Part shown: one piece after another, positions 22,626 to 33,675 of the stretch
Layout of the letters: each line of letters begins with the position of its first letter
Numbering within the stretch: the stretch's first letter is position 1
DNA from: Desulfobacteraceae bacterium
GTDB lineage: Bacteria > Desulfobacterota > Desulfobacteria > Desulfobacterales > SKZT01
Length of the DNA stretch: 52,854 nt
Direction: 5' to 3'
NCBI GenBank assembly: GCA_007127235.1
Contig: SKZT01000192.1
Span: 1 to 52,854, forward strand
Made by a program: the position numbers and the translations under genes
The notes under the pieces: generated by a model
Databases searched by the model: none
What the model saw: only the letters and a program-made list of their open reading frames with translations
What the model was told of the DNA's origin: nothing

Positions 22626-23573
22626 TTAGAAGATACTTATAAACTCAGGGTCAGCAATAAGTTTATCGAGTTTTTTTTGATGGGTTTTAATTTCTTCTAA
22701 ACTTTTGAAATCAATGGTCAGACGATAGGTATCCCCTTCAAATCCCGGGGGGGGTATGATCCTGAACTTTTCGCCCAGGCCCAGCTTTTTGATTTGGGAT
22801 AAAAATTTCTTTTCTGCTCTTGTGATTTGGGGATAGCGGCGTCTTCTCAACTCGTATCTGACTTGCCGGGTTTTTTGATTGGTATCCAAATTATCATCAT
22901 GAACAATTTTTTGTATGGAATTATCCATTAACATCTCAAAAACAGATACATCATCCCGGTGGCTGATTTCTTTTATCAGCGTTATTATTTCCCGCTGCTT
23001 GTTGAGGCTGCAATTTAAGGCTGAAAGAATTTTGGCAAAAGCAATTGCCTGGTCTTCAGGCATTTGGGACAATTGCCATGCTGTCGGAAGTGAAATCAAA
23101 TCGGCAAGGATTGCTTGCTGGATGGATTCGGGCATTCGGCAAAGGGGTGCGATTTTTTCCAGATAGCCCGGGTTTGATGGCAGCCCCAAAAGGTCAGCCT
23201 CTTTTATAATTTCGGAATGGCTGAAATATTTTTGGAGAAGCGCAAAAGATTTTGATACTTCAATGATATTTAAAGATCTTTGGAAAGCGTTGTCGGCAAT
23301 GCTAAGGCGGATGCATTGTTTTTTCGGGATTTCTGGTGGCAAAATGGAGGCATGGATGTTTGAAAAGTTCAAAACCCTTGCGGCTTCAATTCTTTTGAAG
23401 CCGCATACGACTATAAATTCATCATCTCGGGGCACAAGCACCGGAGGGTTGATTATTCCCAGGCATGCAATTGACTTGATAAGATCATCGCTGTTTTTTT
23501 TCGTGGTGATACGAAAGTTCTCACTATCGATGCTTATACGGGAAATTTCAATGCTTTTGTGTTCATAGCACAT
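22626..23573 (-). CDS. ParB/Srx-fold N-terminal domain protein (ParB-like nuclease/NTPase domain), function unknown
   Basis: [54 protein letters not shown] resembles the ParB N-terminal domain, with GFKR in place of the GERR arginine patch. ATG 23573 overlaps the purC stop by 11 nt. The track start 23630 lies further inside purC. Confidence 0.6.
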   Translation of the reverse strand: MCYEHKSIEISRISIDSENFRITTKKNSDDLIKSIACLGIINPPVLVPRDDEFIVVCGFKRIEAARVLNFSNIHASILPPEIPKKQCIRLSIADNAFQRSLNIIEVSKSFALLQKYFSHSEIIKEADLLGLPSNPGYLEKIAPLCRMPESIQQAILADLISLPTAWQLSQMPEDQAIAFAKILSALNCSLNKQREIITLIKEISHRDDVSVFEMLMDNSIQKIVHDDNLDTNQKTRQVRYELRRRRYPQITRAEKKFLSQIKKLGLGEKFRIIPPPGFEGDTYRLTIDFKSLEEIKTHQKKLDKLIADPEFISIF

Positions 23574-24459
23574 CTGTTTTGCCGGTGAGTTTTCTGAAGG
23601 CCTCCAAATATTTGTCGCGGGTTGCGGCAATTATATTATCCGGTAAAGAAGGCGCCGGGGGGGTTTTGTCCCAATCCAGCGAAAGGAGATAATCCCTCAG
23701 ATATTGTTTATCAAAGCTTTTTTGGGACCCTCCCGGTTTGTAATCCGATTTGGGCCAAAACCTTGAAGAATCGGGGGTAAGGATTTCATCGATTAAAATG
23801 AGGCCGTCATCTGACAAGCCGAATTCAAATTTTGTATCAGCGATAATAATTCCTTTTTCGTCGGCTATTTCAGACCCTTTTTTATATATGGCAATACTCA
23901 GCGCTTTGACTCGTTCGGCTGTTTCCCTGCCGACTTTTTCAACGGCTTCCTCAAATGAAATATTGACATCGTGCAAACCCTGCTCTTCTTTTGTGGATGG
24001 CGTAAATATCGGTTCAGGGAGTTTTTCGGATTCTTTTAAGCCCTCGGGAAGATCAATTCCGCAGACCTGTCCTGATTCCTGATAGGATTTCCACCCTGAG
24101 CCGGAAATGTAGCCACGAACCACGCATTCAATGGGAAGTGGGGTTGTTTTTTTCACCAGCATGCTTCTTTTTGCAAGAATCTCAGCGTACGGTTTACATA
24201 TATCAGGATATTGTTCAACATCGCTGGCAAGGACATGGTTGGGGCAAATCGATTCCATGAGCCGGAACCAGAAAAGCGATATCTGAGTCAAGACTGCCCC
24301 TTTTTGGGGCACCGCATCAGGCATAACCACATCGAAAGCGGATATCCGATCCGTGGCAACCAGCAGGATTTTGTCTCCCAGGTCATAAATGTCTCTGACT
24401 TTCCCTCTTTTCAATAGTTTCATATCTTCAAATTCAGTTTTGAACAAAGGCTGATTCAT
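23563..24459 (-). CDS. purC: Phosphoribosylaminoimidazole-succinocarboxamide (SAICAR) synthase
   Basis: 298 aa with long-form PurC motifs ([26 protein letters not shown]...GYISGSGW...ADTKFEFG). Confidence 0.9.
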   Translation of the reverse strand: MNQPLFKTEFEDMKLLKRGKVRDIYDLGDKILLVATDRISAFDVVMPDAVPQKGAVLTQISLFWFRLMESICPNHVLASDVEQYPDICKPYAEILAKRSMLVKKTTPLPIECVVRGYISGSGWKSYQESGQVCGIDLPEGLKESEKLPEPIFTPSTKEEQGLHDVNISFEEAVEKVGRETAERVKALSIAIYKKGSEIADEKGIIIADTKFEFGLSDDGLILIDEILTPDSSRFWPKSDYKPGGSQKSFDKQYLRDYLLSLDWDKTPPAPSLPDNIIAATRDKYLEAFRKLTGKTDVL

Positions 24460-24478
24460 AAGCTAATCCTTATTGTTT

Positions 24479-24829
24479 TTAACTATAAATTTCGTTGAAC
24501 GCATCAATATATTTTTTGAGTATCAATGCGGAACCCTCGTCTATTTCTACAAATTCAATTCCCGTCTCATGCTTCCCATCTTTATTGAGTCTTGTATGGA
24601 CTACACGGCCGATAATATCGATGAGATCATCCATGAGACCGACATCAATGAGTAAAATGTTTTCACAATCCAAAGGATAAGCGGTTTCTAAAAGCAACCC
24701 CACTCGCGATACATTGAGTGTTCTGCCCATGCCTTGGTTGACGGGTTGTTGATTTTCATTCAGACACGCATAAGCGATAAGGTTTAGGGATTCGATTCGG
24801 GGATATCGTCTTTTTTCCTTGTTCGCCAT
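24479..24829 (-). CDS. PilZ domain protein (putative c-di-GMP receptor)
   Basis: 116 aa with an RxxxR motif (RRYPR) and a [D/N]xSxxG motif (NVSRVG) at the expected spacing. Confidence 0.75.
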   Translation of the reverse strand: MANKEKRRYPRIESLNLIAYACLNENQQPVNQGMGRTLNVSRVGLLLETAYPLDCENILLIDVGLMDDLIDIIGRVVHTRLNKDGKHETGIEFVEIDEGSALILKKYIDAFNEIYS

Positions 24830-24850
24830 GGTTTTTCCTTTTTTGGTTGA

Positions 24851-26029
24851 TTAGGGGTTTTCTGTGTTGTGTTTATAAGATTCCGGCACCAGGGAGGTAA
24901 CCGATATATTGGTGGCTAAATTTTCAATGATGTTTTTAAACATATTGGACAATTGACCAAATTCTTCCTGTAGTCCCTGATGATCCAAAGGATTCAATTC
25001 GATGTCTTCGGAAACAAATATGGAGGCGGCTTCAGGCTCCAGCCCCATATTGATAAAAGGAATATTGCCGATAAAATCGCCCTGCTCCAGTGTACCTATG
25101 ACAAACTCTCCGGATTCGCTTTTTCGAACGATATCCGCATAACCCTTTGATATTCTAAACAGCCTTTCTTCTGAGTCACCCTGGCGGATCAGTTCATTTT
25201 TCCTGGAAAAGGTCAGGTTGTTTTTTTCCCGGCGAAAATAGTGGCTGGCAGCCTTGATGGTCACTTGTTTTAATCTTCTGTCAAGACTGAGGAGCACCTC
25301 CCGCAACTCTGGCGACAATCTTGAAAACTCGACAAAAAGACGTTGAGAATCAAGTACTCCGAGTTGTACTTTGCCCAGGGCAATGGCTGTGGCACTGCGG
25401 ATATTTCCCCCCAAGAGAAAAGAAGCGATACTTCCGATGAAGGCTCCATTGCTTAATCTTAATATTTTGACACGACCTTGAGAAGTTTCTTTGCTGATTT
25501 GGACAACGCCTTCCAGAATCACCCAGATCCAGCTTCCATGTTTGCCCTCGACAACGATTTCTTCGCCATCTTCGAATTCTTCTTCATCAACCACATAGAT
25601 ATAATCCACCATAGGCCCTTTAACTATGGGGCCGACACCTGCTTGTTGTGACTCGGAAGCCGTTGTTTTTTCATAATATACAGGCCCTGCCTTTTCTATT
25701 ATCCCTTCATCGAGCATTCGAATGCCATCCAAAATAATCTGCATTCGGCTCTTTTTTATCATGGCTTCAACACTTACCGGTGTTCTTGAAAATTCGAACT
25801 CTCCTTTGGTCCAACCAAAAAGAGAGTTTAGGGCATCAATTCCGGTTAGAGATCCATTACGGGCATTGATCGGATTTCCTTTTTCAAAAAAAATCATCCC
25901 CGAATGCTGCGAATAATGCCCAATAACGCGCAAAATTCCGGTAACACCATTTGAACCGAGCAATTGAATTAAATCCGCCAGAGTTAAAAACTCGAGATTG
26001 CCGCTTAAATCTGTTTTATTATCCATCAT
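24851..26029 (-). CDS. DUF4388 (PATAN-like) domain protein with two cyclic-nucleotide-binding-like domains
   Basis: The N-terminus LSGNLEFLTLADLIQLLGSNGVTGILRV...IFFEKGNPINA is typical of DUF4388. Two CAP-effector-like folds follow (VILEGVVQISKE...GAFIGS; LFRISKGYADIV...GDFIGN). ATG 26029 forms an ATGA overlap with the mglA-like stop. The track start 26080 is internal to mglA. Confidence 0.75.
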   Translation of the reverse strand: MMDNKTDLSGNLEFLTLADLIQLLGSNGVTGILRVIGHYSQHSGMIFFEKGNPINARNGSLTGIDALNSLFGWTKGEFEFSRTPVSVEAMIKKSRMQIILDGIRMLDEGIIEKAGPVYYEKTTASESQQAGVGPIVKGPMVDYIYVVDEEEFEDGEEIVVEGKHGSWIWVILEGVVQISKETSQGRVKILRLSNGAFIGSIASFLLGGNIRSATAIALGKVQLGVLDSQRLFVEFSRLSPELREVLLSLDRRLKQVTIKAASHYFRREKNNLTFSRKNELIRQGDSEERLFRISKGYADIVRKSESGEFVIGTLEQGDFIGNIPFINMGLEPEAASIFVSEDIELNPLDHQGLQEEFGQLSNMFKNIIENLATNISVTSLVPESYKHNTENP

Positions 26030-26640
26030 TGCGCCAATTTTAATTGTTTCCGGATAGATACAATTGTCAACTTCAAGCATTCCTTCAGGGTTTTTCCAAC
26101 ACCCGTGCCAATCATCGCACTTGCCGGAAACGACGGCACCCGTAACTGGCTGTTGAGCTCTTTTTCCATCTGCTCAACGGTCATTAAAGGAATGCCCTGA
26201 TCCCCCAAATCCCTCTTGTTATATTGTAAAACCAGTGGGATTTTATAAATACTAATACCATATTCTTTTAGATTTGCCTGCATATCCTGAAGAGAAAGTA
26301 TGTTTTTCCCACGGCGGACATTCACGGAATCAGCAACAAACACAATGCCGTCCACCTGTTTTAAAACCAGCTTTCTGGTGGATTTGTATTGCACTTGTCC
26401 CGGAACTGTATACAGTTGAAGACGAACATTAAATCCCTTGATTTTTCCTATTCCCATTGGAAGAAAATCAAAAAAAAGGGTGCGGTCTCCCTCTGTTTTA
26501 ATGGAAATCATCTCGCCAGACACATAATTTTTGTAGGATTTGAAAATATACTCCAGATTAGTGGTTTTACCGCTCCTTCCGGGACCATAATAGACAATTT
26601 TACACTCAATTTCCTTTTTTTTAAAATTAATACTCGCCAT
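26026..26640 (-). CDS. mglA: MglA-family Ras-like small GTPase
   Basis: 204 aa. It is collinear with Myxococcus MglA as I recall it: KIVYYGPGRSGKTTNLEYI, DRTLFFDFLP, LYTVPGQV.Y, VDGIVFVADS, LQYNKRDL. Confidence 0.85.
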   Translation of the reverse strand: MASINFKKKEIECKIVYYGPGRSGKTTNLEYIFKSYKNYVSGEMISIKTEGDRTLFFDFLPMGIGKIKGFNVRLQLYTVPGQVQYKSTRKLVLKQVDGIVFVADSVNVRRGKNILSLQDMQANLKEYGISIYKIPLVLQYNKRDLGDQGIPLMTVEQMEKELNSQLRVPSFPASAMIGTGVGKTLKECLKLTIVSIRKQLKLAQ

Positions 26641-26720
26641 CAGCTTTTTCTCCGAAAAAAAGAAACCAGCATTAATCCGTGCTCCAAAACGTATCGTTTA
26701 ACTCTTAGCCTTTTTTGATG

Positions 26721-26765
26721 TTTATTGTCAACATTTGAGAAAGATATAAATGTGTTGACAATAAA
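26721..26765. promoter_or_regulatory. Perfect 13-bp inverted repeat TTTATTGTCAACA-N19-TGTTGACAATAAA carrying a TTGACA hexamer on each strand
   Basis: Read directly. It lies in the 250-nt divergent region between mglA (-) and mdh (+), so it is a candidate operator and/or pair of divergent -35 boxes. I found no convincing -10 element. Confidence 0.35.
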
Positions 26766-26854
26766 AGAAGTTATGTGTTCAAAAGATAAGAAAGGAAGAT
26801 GATAAATAAAAACAGGATAAATTATGGGTATTCAATGGCGGTGGTTTTTATTAA

Positions 26855-27826
<972 letters not shown>

Positions 27827-27846
27827 AAGATGATTGCAAACGTTCT

Positions 27847-27924
27847 CCCCCTTTTGAAAAGGGGGGACAGGGGGGATTTGAGGCGTTTTTAAATCCCCCT
27901 AAATCCCCTCTTGCTAAATGGGGA
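27847..27924. repeat. Cluster of three G/C-run stem-loops in the convergent mdh/uvrC spacer
   Basis: CCCCCTTTT-G-AAAAGGGGG (27847-27865). GGGGGATTT-N11-AAATCCCCC (27871-27899). TCCCC-N11-GGGGA (27904-27924). None has a canonical U-tract. The two track ORFs covering this spacer are translation artefacts of these repeats. Confidence 0.6.
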
Positions 27925-27998
27925 CTTGCTGGTTGCACATACGCCTCTGTGCGAATGAATTCGCACCTACAAGTAAAACCATATCTGATGGAAATCAC

Positions 27999-29819
27999 CT
28001 ATATGTTTCCCCTCATTGCTTTATATAAAGCCCCTGCGGCTGTTCTGGTAATACCGGGGACTTCAAGAAGTTGGTCAAGGGAAGCTTCCCGGATTTTTGA
28101 GATACTTCCGAAATATTTCATCAATGCCTCTTTTCTTTTTTTTCCGATTCCGGGTATGTCATCCAGTATGGAATGAAGTGTGCTTTTTTTACGCTGTTTA
28201 CGATGAAATGTAATGGCAAAGCGGTGGGCTTCATCCCTGATGCGCTGAAGAAACAGCAGTTGATCTCCCGATACGTTCATGGGATTGACGCGTCCTGGAA
28301 CGTATATTTTGTCTTGTGTTTCTCCACGACTTGTATCTTTTTTTGAAATCCCGATTACATAAAACTTTCCGGCAAGGCCCAGATCCTTTAACACTGACAC
28401 GGCGATATTCAGATGTCCCTTGCCGCCGTCCACCATGAGCAGATCCGGCAATGTATCCGCTCTTTCACCTTTTTTGCCATAGCGTCTTTTCAAGGCTTCC
28501 TGCATATAAGCATAATCATTGGGTTCTGTGACGCTTTTAATTTTGAATTTTCGGTAGGCGGACTTTTTGGGTTTTGCGTTTTCAAAAACAACCATCGCGG
28601 AAACGGGTTCCGATCCGGAAATGTTTGAGTTATCAAAGCACTCTATGCGCGCAGGTGGCTTGTCCATGCGGAGTGATTTTTGAAGATATTCAATTATTTT
28701 GCTGGCCGAATAGACAGAGGCCATGAATTCTTCCAAAGCACTTTCCGCGTTCTGAACAGCCATTTCCATGAGACGCGCTTTTTCGCCTCTCTGGGGATAA
28801 AAGATATGGACCTTTTGCTTTTTAAGGCTTTCCAGCCAGACTTCCAGGAGCGGAATTTCTTCGGTGTTGAAAGGAAGCAGAATTTCACCGGGGATAAAAT
28901 GGGAGGTTTCATAGTGTTGTTTAATAAAGGCTTCCAAAATTTCTACCCTGGTGGCCAGTTTGTCTGAAAAATCGTAATTATGGGAGCCTATGAGAAATCC
29001 GGAGCGAATCATCAGCTTGGTAATCATGAAAAGTCCGTGTTTGCCTGCAACAGCAAGGACATCCCGGTCAATAAAGTCAGTGGTGACGGTCACCTGTTTT
29101 TCCAGGGTCGTTTGGAGAGCAAACATTTTATCCCTGAGCCTGGCCGCCTTTTCAAACTCCTGAGAGGCTGCGGCTTTTTGCATATCCTTTTTAATGTCAT
29201 AAATCAGCTCAGGGGTTCGACCCTTTAGAAAAAGTATGACTTCCTTAACTATTTGATGATAATCCTGAGGCTTAACCTCCATGCAGCAAGGTGCGGTGCA
29301 TCCTTCGATCTGGCAATGAAGGCAAGGCCGGGTTCTGGGTTTGACTTTTTTAGAACGGCATTTTCTGAGGCGAAATGTTTTATGGATAAATTTAAGGGTT
29401 TGCCGAACAGCGCCCGGGGAAGCATAAGGACCGAAATAAAGCGCACCGTCATTTTGAATTTTGCGAACAATGGTAAGGTTGGGATAATCGTCTTTTACAT
29501 CGAGCTTTAAGACAGGATATCGTTTGTCATCTTTTAACAGGACATTGTATCGGGGCCGATAACGCTTGATAAGTGTCGATTCCAGAATCAGAGCTTCTTT
29601 TTCGGTGGCCGTGATGATCGTATCAAAATCGGCGATTTGTTTGACCAAAACCCCGCTTTTCATGTCAAGCTGCAAAGGCCGGTTGAAGTAGGAAGCCAGT
29701 CGTTTTTTCAGATTCCTGGCTTTACCCACATAAATAACCTGACCCGTGTTGCTTTTCATCAGGTAAACACCGGGTGCGGTTGAAACTCTCGATAATTTTT
29801 CCAGGAGGGATTCGGCCAT
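27999..29819 (-). CDS. uvrC: Excinuclease ABC subunit C
   Basis: GIY-YIG N-terminus (PGVYLMKSNTGQVIYVGKARNLKKRL), a UVR domain, an Endo V-like domain and a C-terminal (HhH)2. ATG 29819 (MAESLL...) is preferred over TTG 29828. Confidence 0.9.
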   Translation of the reverse strand: MAESLLEKLSRVSTAPGVYLMKSNTGQVIYVGKARNLKKRLASYFNRPLQLDMKSGVLVKQIADFDTIITATEKEALILESTLIKRYRPRYNVLLKDDKRYPVLKLDVKDDYPNLTIVRKIQNDGALYFGPYASPGAVRQTLKFIHKTFRLRKCRSKKVKPRTRPCLHCQIEGCTAPCCMEVKPQDYHQIVKEVILFLKGRTPELIYDIKKDMQKAAASQEFEKAARLRDKMFALQTTLEKQVTVTTDFIDRDVLAVAGKHGLFMITKLMIRSGFLIGSHNYDFSDKLATRVEILEAFIKQHYETSHFIPGEILLPFNTEEIPLLEVWLESLKKQKVHIFYPQRGEKARLMEMAVQNAESALEEFMASVYSASKIIEYLQKSLRMDKPPARIECFDNSNISGSEPVSAMVVFENAKPKKSAYRKFKIKSVTEPNDYAYMQEALKRRYGKKGERADTLPDLLMVDGGKGHLNIAVSVLKDLGLAGKFYVIGISKKDTSRGETQDKIYVPGRVNPMNVSGDQLLFLQRIRDEAHRFAITFHRKQRKKSTLHSILDDIPGIGKKRKEALMKYFGSISKIREASLDQLLEVPGITRTAAGALYKAMRGNI

Positions 29820-29828
29820 GCCGGACAA

Positions 29829-31832
29829 TTAAAATTCAAAAAGCATGATTTTTTTTAATACTTTGATCTGGTCCCGAAGTTCTGCGGCTTTTTCAAATTC
29901 CATTAATTTTGCAGCCTCGGCCATTTCTTTTTCCAAATTTTCCACAGCAGCTTCAATATTCCGGGAACCGCCATAGGCTGAGACAGACTCCGCCACTTTT
30001 GGTGCAGGATCTGAAAGCATCTCGTTTTTGTACTCGAAAACATGTTTGATTTCTTTGTGGATGCTTTCCGGAGTAATGTTATGGGCCTTGTTGTAGGCCT
30101 CCTGGATTTTTCGCCTTCTGTGGGTCTCATCAATGGCGAATTTCATGGATGCTGTAACCACCTCGGCGTACATGATAACTTTTCCGTCAACATTTCTGGC
30201 GGCACGTCCGCAGGTTTGAACCAGGGATCTGGCAGACCTTAAAAAACCTTCCTTATCCGCATCCAAGATGGCCACCAGGGAGACCTCGGGAATATCGAGT
30301 CCTTCCCTTAAAAGATTGATCCCTACCAGAACGTCAAAAGTGCCTGACCTCAGCTCCTGAATAATATCCATTCTTTCGAGGGTGCTGATGTCCGAGTGAA
30401 GATACCTGACTCGGATTCCCATATCCGAGTAGTACTCAGTTAAATCCTCAGCCATCCGCTTGGTCAGGGTGGTAACCAGCACCCTTTGGTTTTTTTTGAC
30501 CCGTGTCAGCACTTCGTCGTAAAGGTCATCAACCTGATGCTTTGCACTCCTGACCTCTATTTCCGGATCTAAAAGCCCTGTAGGACGTACGATTTGTTCC
30601 ACAAGAGCATCGGCGCCCATTTGCATTTCGTAATCCGCCGGTGTGGCGGAAACATAAATGATCTGGCGGATTCTTTGGGTGAATTCCTCGAAATTGAGAG
30701 GGCGGTTGTCAAGAGCCGACGGCAGTCTGAAACCATAGTTGACCAGGGTTTCTTTTCGTGACCGGTCTCCGCGATACATCCCTCGTATCTGTGGAATACC
30801 AATATGGCTTTCATCGGCAAAAAGCATATAATCTTCGGGAAAATAATCCAAAAGAGTTGGTGGTGGTGAGCCGGGATTTCTACCGGTCAGATGGCGGGAA
30901 TAGTTTTCTATTCCGTTGCAATAGCCGAGTTCGAGCATCATTTCTATATCGAAATTTGTGCGCTCTTCCAGCCGCTGAGCTTCAATCAGTTTGTTTTCGG
31001 CCCTGAAATAATCGATTCGCTTTTTCACTTCCGTTTTTATGGAATCAATGGCACTTTGCAGGGTCTGTTTTGTGGTCACGTAATGACTGGCCGGGTAAAT
31101 ATCCACTTCAAACAGGCGTTTTCCGGCAGTGCCCCGTAAGGGGTCAATCTCGTATATACTTTCAATTTCATCCCCAAAAAAGTCAATCCGAACAGCTTTG
31201 TCTTCCTCATAAGCAGGATAAATTTCCACCCGGTCCCCCCTGACCCGGAACACACCCCTGTGAAAATCCATATCGTTTCGGTCATACTGTATGGACACCA
31301 GGTTCATCAGCAAACGATCCCGGGACAATTCCATTTCCTCCTCCAGGTGAATACGCATGGACAGGTAGTCTTCGGGTGCCCCAAGCCCGAAAATGCATGA
31401 AACACTGGCGACCACCACAACATCTCTTCGGGAAAGAACCGAACGGGTTGCCGAATGGCGCATTTTGTCAATCATGTCATTGATGGAAGAATCTTTCTGA
31501 ATATAGGTGTCCGTGGTGGGAATGTAGGCCTCGGGCTGGTAGTAATCGTAATAGGAAACAAAATATTCTACAGCGTTTTCAGGAAAAAAGTATTTGAACT
31601 CATTGAAAAGCTGAGCAGCAAGGGTTTTGTTCGGGGCAATAATAAGAGTCGGCCTGTTAAGCCTTGCGATTACATGGGCCATGGTAAAAGTCTTACCCGA
31701 ACCGGTAACCCCCAAAAGTACATTGTGGCGTTTTCCGTACAAGAGATTTTCGCAAATTCGGTCGATGGCTTGGGGCTGGTCACCGGTTGGTTTATAATGG
31801 GATTTGAGTTTGAAGGAGGCTTTTTTAGTCAT
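29829..31832 (-). CDS. uvrB: Excinuclease ABC subunit B
   Basis: 667 aa with Walker A ([10 protein letters not shown]), DESH, helicase motifs, and a C-terminal UVR domain ([12 protein letters not shown]). Confidence 0.95.
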   Translation of the reverse strand: MTKKASFKLKSHYKPTGDQPQAIDRICENLLYGKRHNVLLGVTGSGKTFTMAHVIARLNRPTLIIAPNKTLAAQLFNEFKYFFPENAVEYFVSYYDYYQPEAYIPTTDTYIQKDSSINDMIDKMRHSATRSVLSRRDVVVVASVSCIFGLGAPEDYLSMRIHLEEEMELSRDRLLMNLVSIQYDRNDMDFHRGVFRVRGDRVEIYPAYEEDKAVRIDFFGDEIESIYEIDPLRGTAGKRLFEVDIYPASHYVTTKQTLQSAIDSIKTEVKKRIDYFRAENKLIEAQRLEERTNFDIEMMLELGYCNGIENYSRHLTGRNPGSPPPTLLDYFPEDYMLFADESHIGIPQIRGMYRGDRSRKETLVNYGFRLPSALDNRPLNFEEFTQRIRQIIYVSATPADYEMQMGADALVEQIVRPTGLLDPEIEVRSAKHQVDDLYDEVLTRVKKNQRVLVTTLTKRMAEDLTEYYSDMGIRVRYLHSDISTLERMDIIQELRSGTFDVLVGINLLREGLDIPEVSLVAILDADKEGFLRSARSLVQTCGRAARNVDGKVIMYAEVVTASMKFAIDETHRRRKIQEAYNKAHNITPESIHKEIKHVFEYKNEMLSDPAPKVAESVSAYGGSRNIEAAVENLEKEMAEAAKLMEFEKAAELRDQIKVLKKIMLFEF

Positions 31833-33267
31833 TATATTTCCACACGGTGCCTTCAGAACGATCTTCCAGAATAATGTTGAGTTCTAAAAGCTCATCTCTG
31901 ATTCTGTCGGCTTCAGCCCAGTTTTTGGCTGCTCTGGCCTGGGTTCTTTCACGAATTTTTACTTCAATCCAGCCAGGATCGATGGATTCTTTCCGGAGCC
32001 CTGCCCTTCGCTTCTGATCAAAATAACTTTGGGGAGATTGCCTGAAAATACCAAGAATACTTCCGATACTCAGTACATCACTGTAACCGTTTCTAACGCT
32101 CAGTGCAATTTGATCGGATACCTGATCACCTGAAGCATCCAGCATGCGGTTTAAATCTCGCACAGTGGAAAATAATATACCGAGTCCCTGGGCGGTGTTG
32201 AAGTCGTCACCCATGGCTTCACAAAATTGCCGCCAAAGCTCTCCGTGAGAGGAAAGCTTTGTTTCGGAAGGTATACCAAATTTTCTGTCCACCCTTTCCA
32301 GGAACGTGTATACCCTGTCAAGAGCTCCGGAAGCTTCTTCCATGGCTTTTTCATTAAAATCGATGGGGCTTCGGTAATGATTTGACAAAAGAAACAACCT
32401 TACGATTTCAGGATGATAGGCTTTCAGAATATCTCTGATCAAAAGAAAATTGCCCAATGATTTGGACATCTTTTCCTGGTTGATATTCACAAAGCCGTTA
32501 TGAACCCAATATTTAACAAATTGTTTACCGAAAGCCGCCTCGGACTGGGCAATTTCATTTTCGTGGTGAGGAAAAACCAGATCTTTGCCACCACCATGAA
32601 TATCGATGGTTTCACCTAAAAGACCGCTGCTCATGGCTGTACACTCAATATGCCACCCGGGACGTCCTTTGCCCCAGGGGCTGTCCCAGGAAGGTTCTCC
32701 CGGCTTGGCGGTTTTCCATAATGCGAAATCATAAGGATTTTTCTTTCTTTCATCCACTGCCACCCGGGCCCCGGCCTCCATATCCTCCAGAATTCTTCTG
32801 GACAGTTTTCCGTAATCCGGGTAAGATTCCACCGAAAAGTAAACATCACCATCCACAGGATAAGCCATGTTTTTTCCTATGAGAAGTTGAATCACCCCGA
32901 TAATTTCCCGAATATACCCCGTAGCGCGGGGTTCCATCGTGGCCCGCTCAACATTCAGGGAATCCATGTCTTCATAAAATTCATGGATATATTTTTCAGC
33001 CAGTTCCGTGGCACTGATGCCCAGTTCGTTTGCACGATTGATAATCTTGTCATCAATATCGGTAAAATTGCGAACATATATCACCTCAAAGCCCTGACTT
33101 CGAAGAAATCGAACAATGACATCAAAAACCACTACCGATCTGGCATGCCCTACATGACATGAATCATAAACAGTAGGACCACAGACGTACATTCGCACTT
33201 TTTGAGGTTCAATGGTTTCAAAATTTTCTTTTTGTTTGGTCAGAGTGTTGTAGATTTTAATTTTCAT
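31825..33267 (-). CDS. cysS: Cysteine--tRNA ligase
   Basis: 480 aa with HIGH-type (CHVGHARS) and KMSKS motifs and an [11 protein letters not shown]-terminus. The 3' end overlaps the uvrB start by 8 nt. Confidence 0.95.
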   Translation of the reverse strand: MKIKIYNTLTKQKENFETIEPQKVRMYVCGPTVYDSCHVGHARSVVVFDVIVRFLRSQGFEVIYVRNFTDIDDKIINRANELGISATELAEKYIHEFYEDMDSLNVERATMEPRATGYIREIIGVIQLLIGKNMAYPVDGDVYFSVESYPDYGKLSRRILEDMEAGARVAVDERKKNPYDFALWKTAKPGEPSWDSPWGKGRPGWHIECTAMSSGLLGETIDIHGGGKDLVFPHHENEIAQSEAAFGKQFVKYWVHNGFVNINQEKMSKSLGNFLLIRDILKAYHPEIVRLFLLSNHYRSPIDFNEKAMEEASGALDRVYTFLERVDRKFGIPSETKLSSHGELWRQFCEAMGDDFNTAQGLGILFSTVRDLNRMLDASGDQVSDQIALSVRNGYSDVLSIGSILGIFRQSPQSYFDQKRRAGLRKESIDPGWIEVKIRERTQARAAKNWAEADRIRDELLELNIILEDRSEGTVWKYND

Positions 33268-33350
33268 AACTTATGTTATTCTCCTATGGATAGCCGGATG
33301 CCGGTTTTCACCATAAACAATCCATTTTCTAAGCCGTCCGATTATCCAAG

Positions 33351-33383
33351 AAACCCGTGCACGTGCTCGTGCACGGGTTTTTT
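33351..33383. terminator. Perfect 13-bp GC-rich hairpin AAACCCGTGCACG-TGCT-CGTGCACGGGTTT with flanking A/T runs, lying in the cysS 5' leader
   Basis: Read directly. The plus strand has TTTTTT after the stem. The minus (cysS-sense) strand has AAAAAA before and UUUCUU after it. It lies 84-116 nt upstream of the cysS ATG. Confidence 0.6.
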
Positions 33384-33494
33384 CAATGCCTACCTTGTTT
33401 TACAATAAAGGCAAAATAGTTCTTAATTGGTTTTTATCTTCTTCCCACATCCCGGTAAAATCAAATCTTCGTATTTTATCTCCAGCTTTTACTA

Positions 33495-33675
33495 CCGTTC
33501 ACGAGCACGAGCACGTGTACGTTCACGTGCACGAAACTTGGATATTGTGAAGTATGGCCCAGGTCATTTTCTTATGGATAACCAGGCGCCGGTTTAGGCT
33601 CGGAATAAATGTTTTACAATGTTGCCTGATACAAACCGTGCACGTGAACGTACTCGTGCACGTGCTCGTGCTCGG
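33495..33675. repeat. Imperfect 39-nt inverted repeat made of CGTGCA/CGAGCA/CGTGAA hexamers (arms 33495-33533 and 33636-33675)
   Basis: By manual alignment 35 of 39 positions are complementary, with a 102-nt spacer. The arms share 13 nt or more of identity or complementarity with the hairpin at 33351-33383. A second shared block occurs at 33285-33307 (TATGGATAGCCGGATGCCGGTTT) and 33573-33595 (TATGGATAACCAGGCGCCGGTTT), 288 nt apart. Confidence 0.75.
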
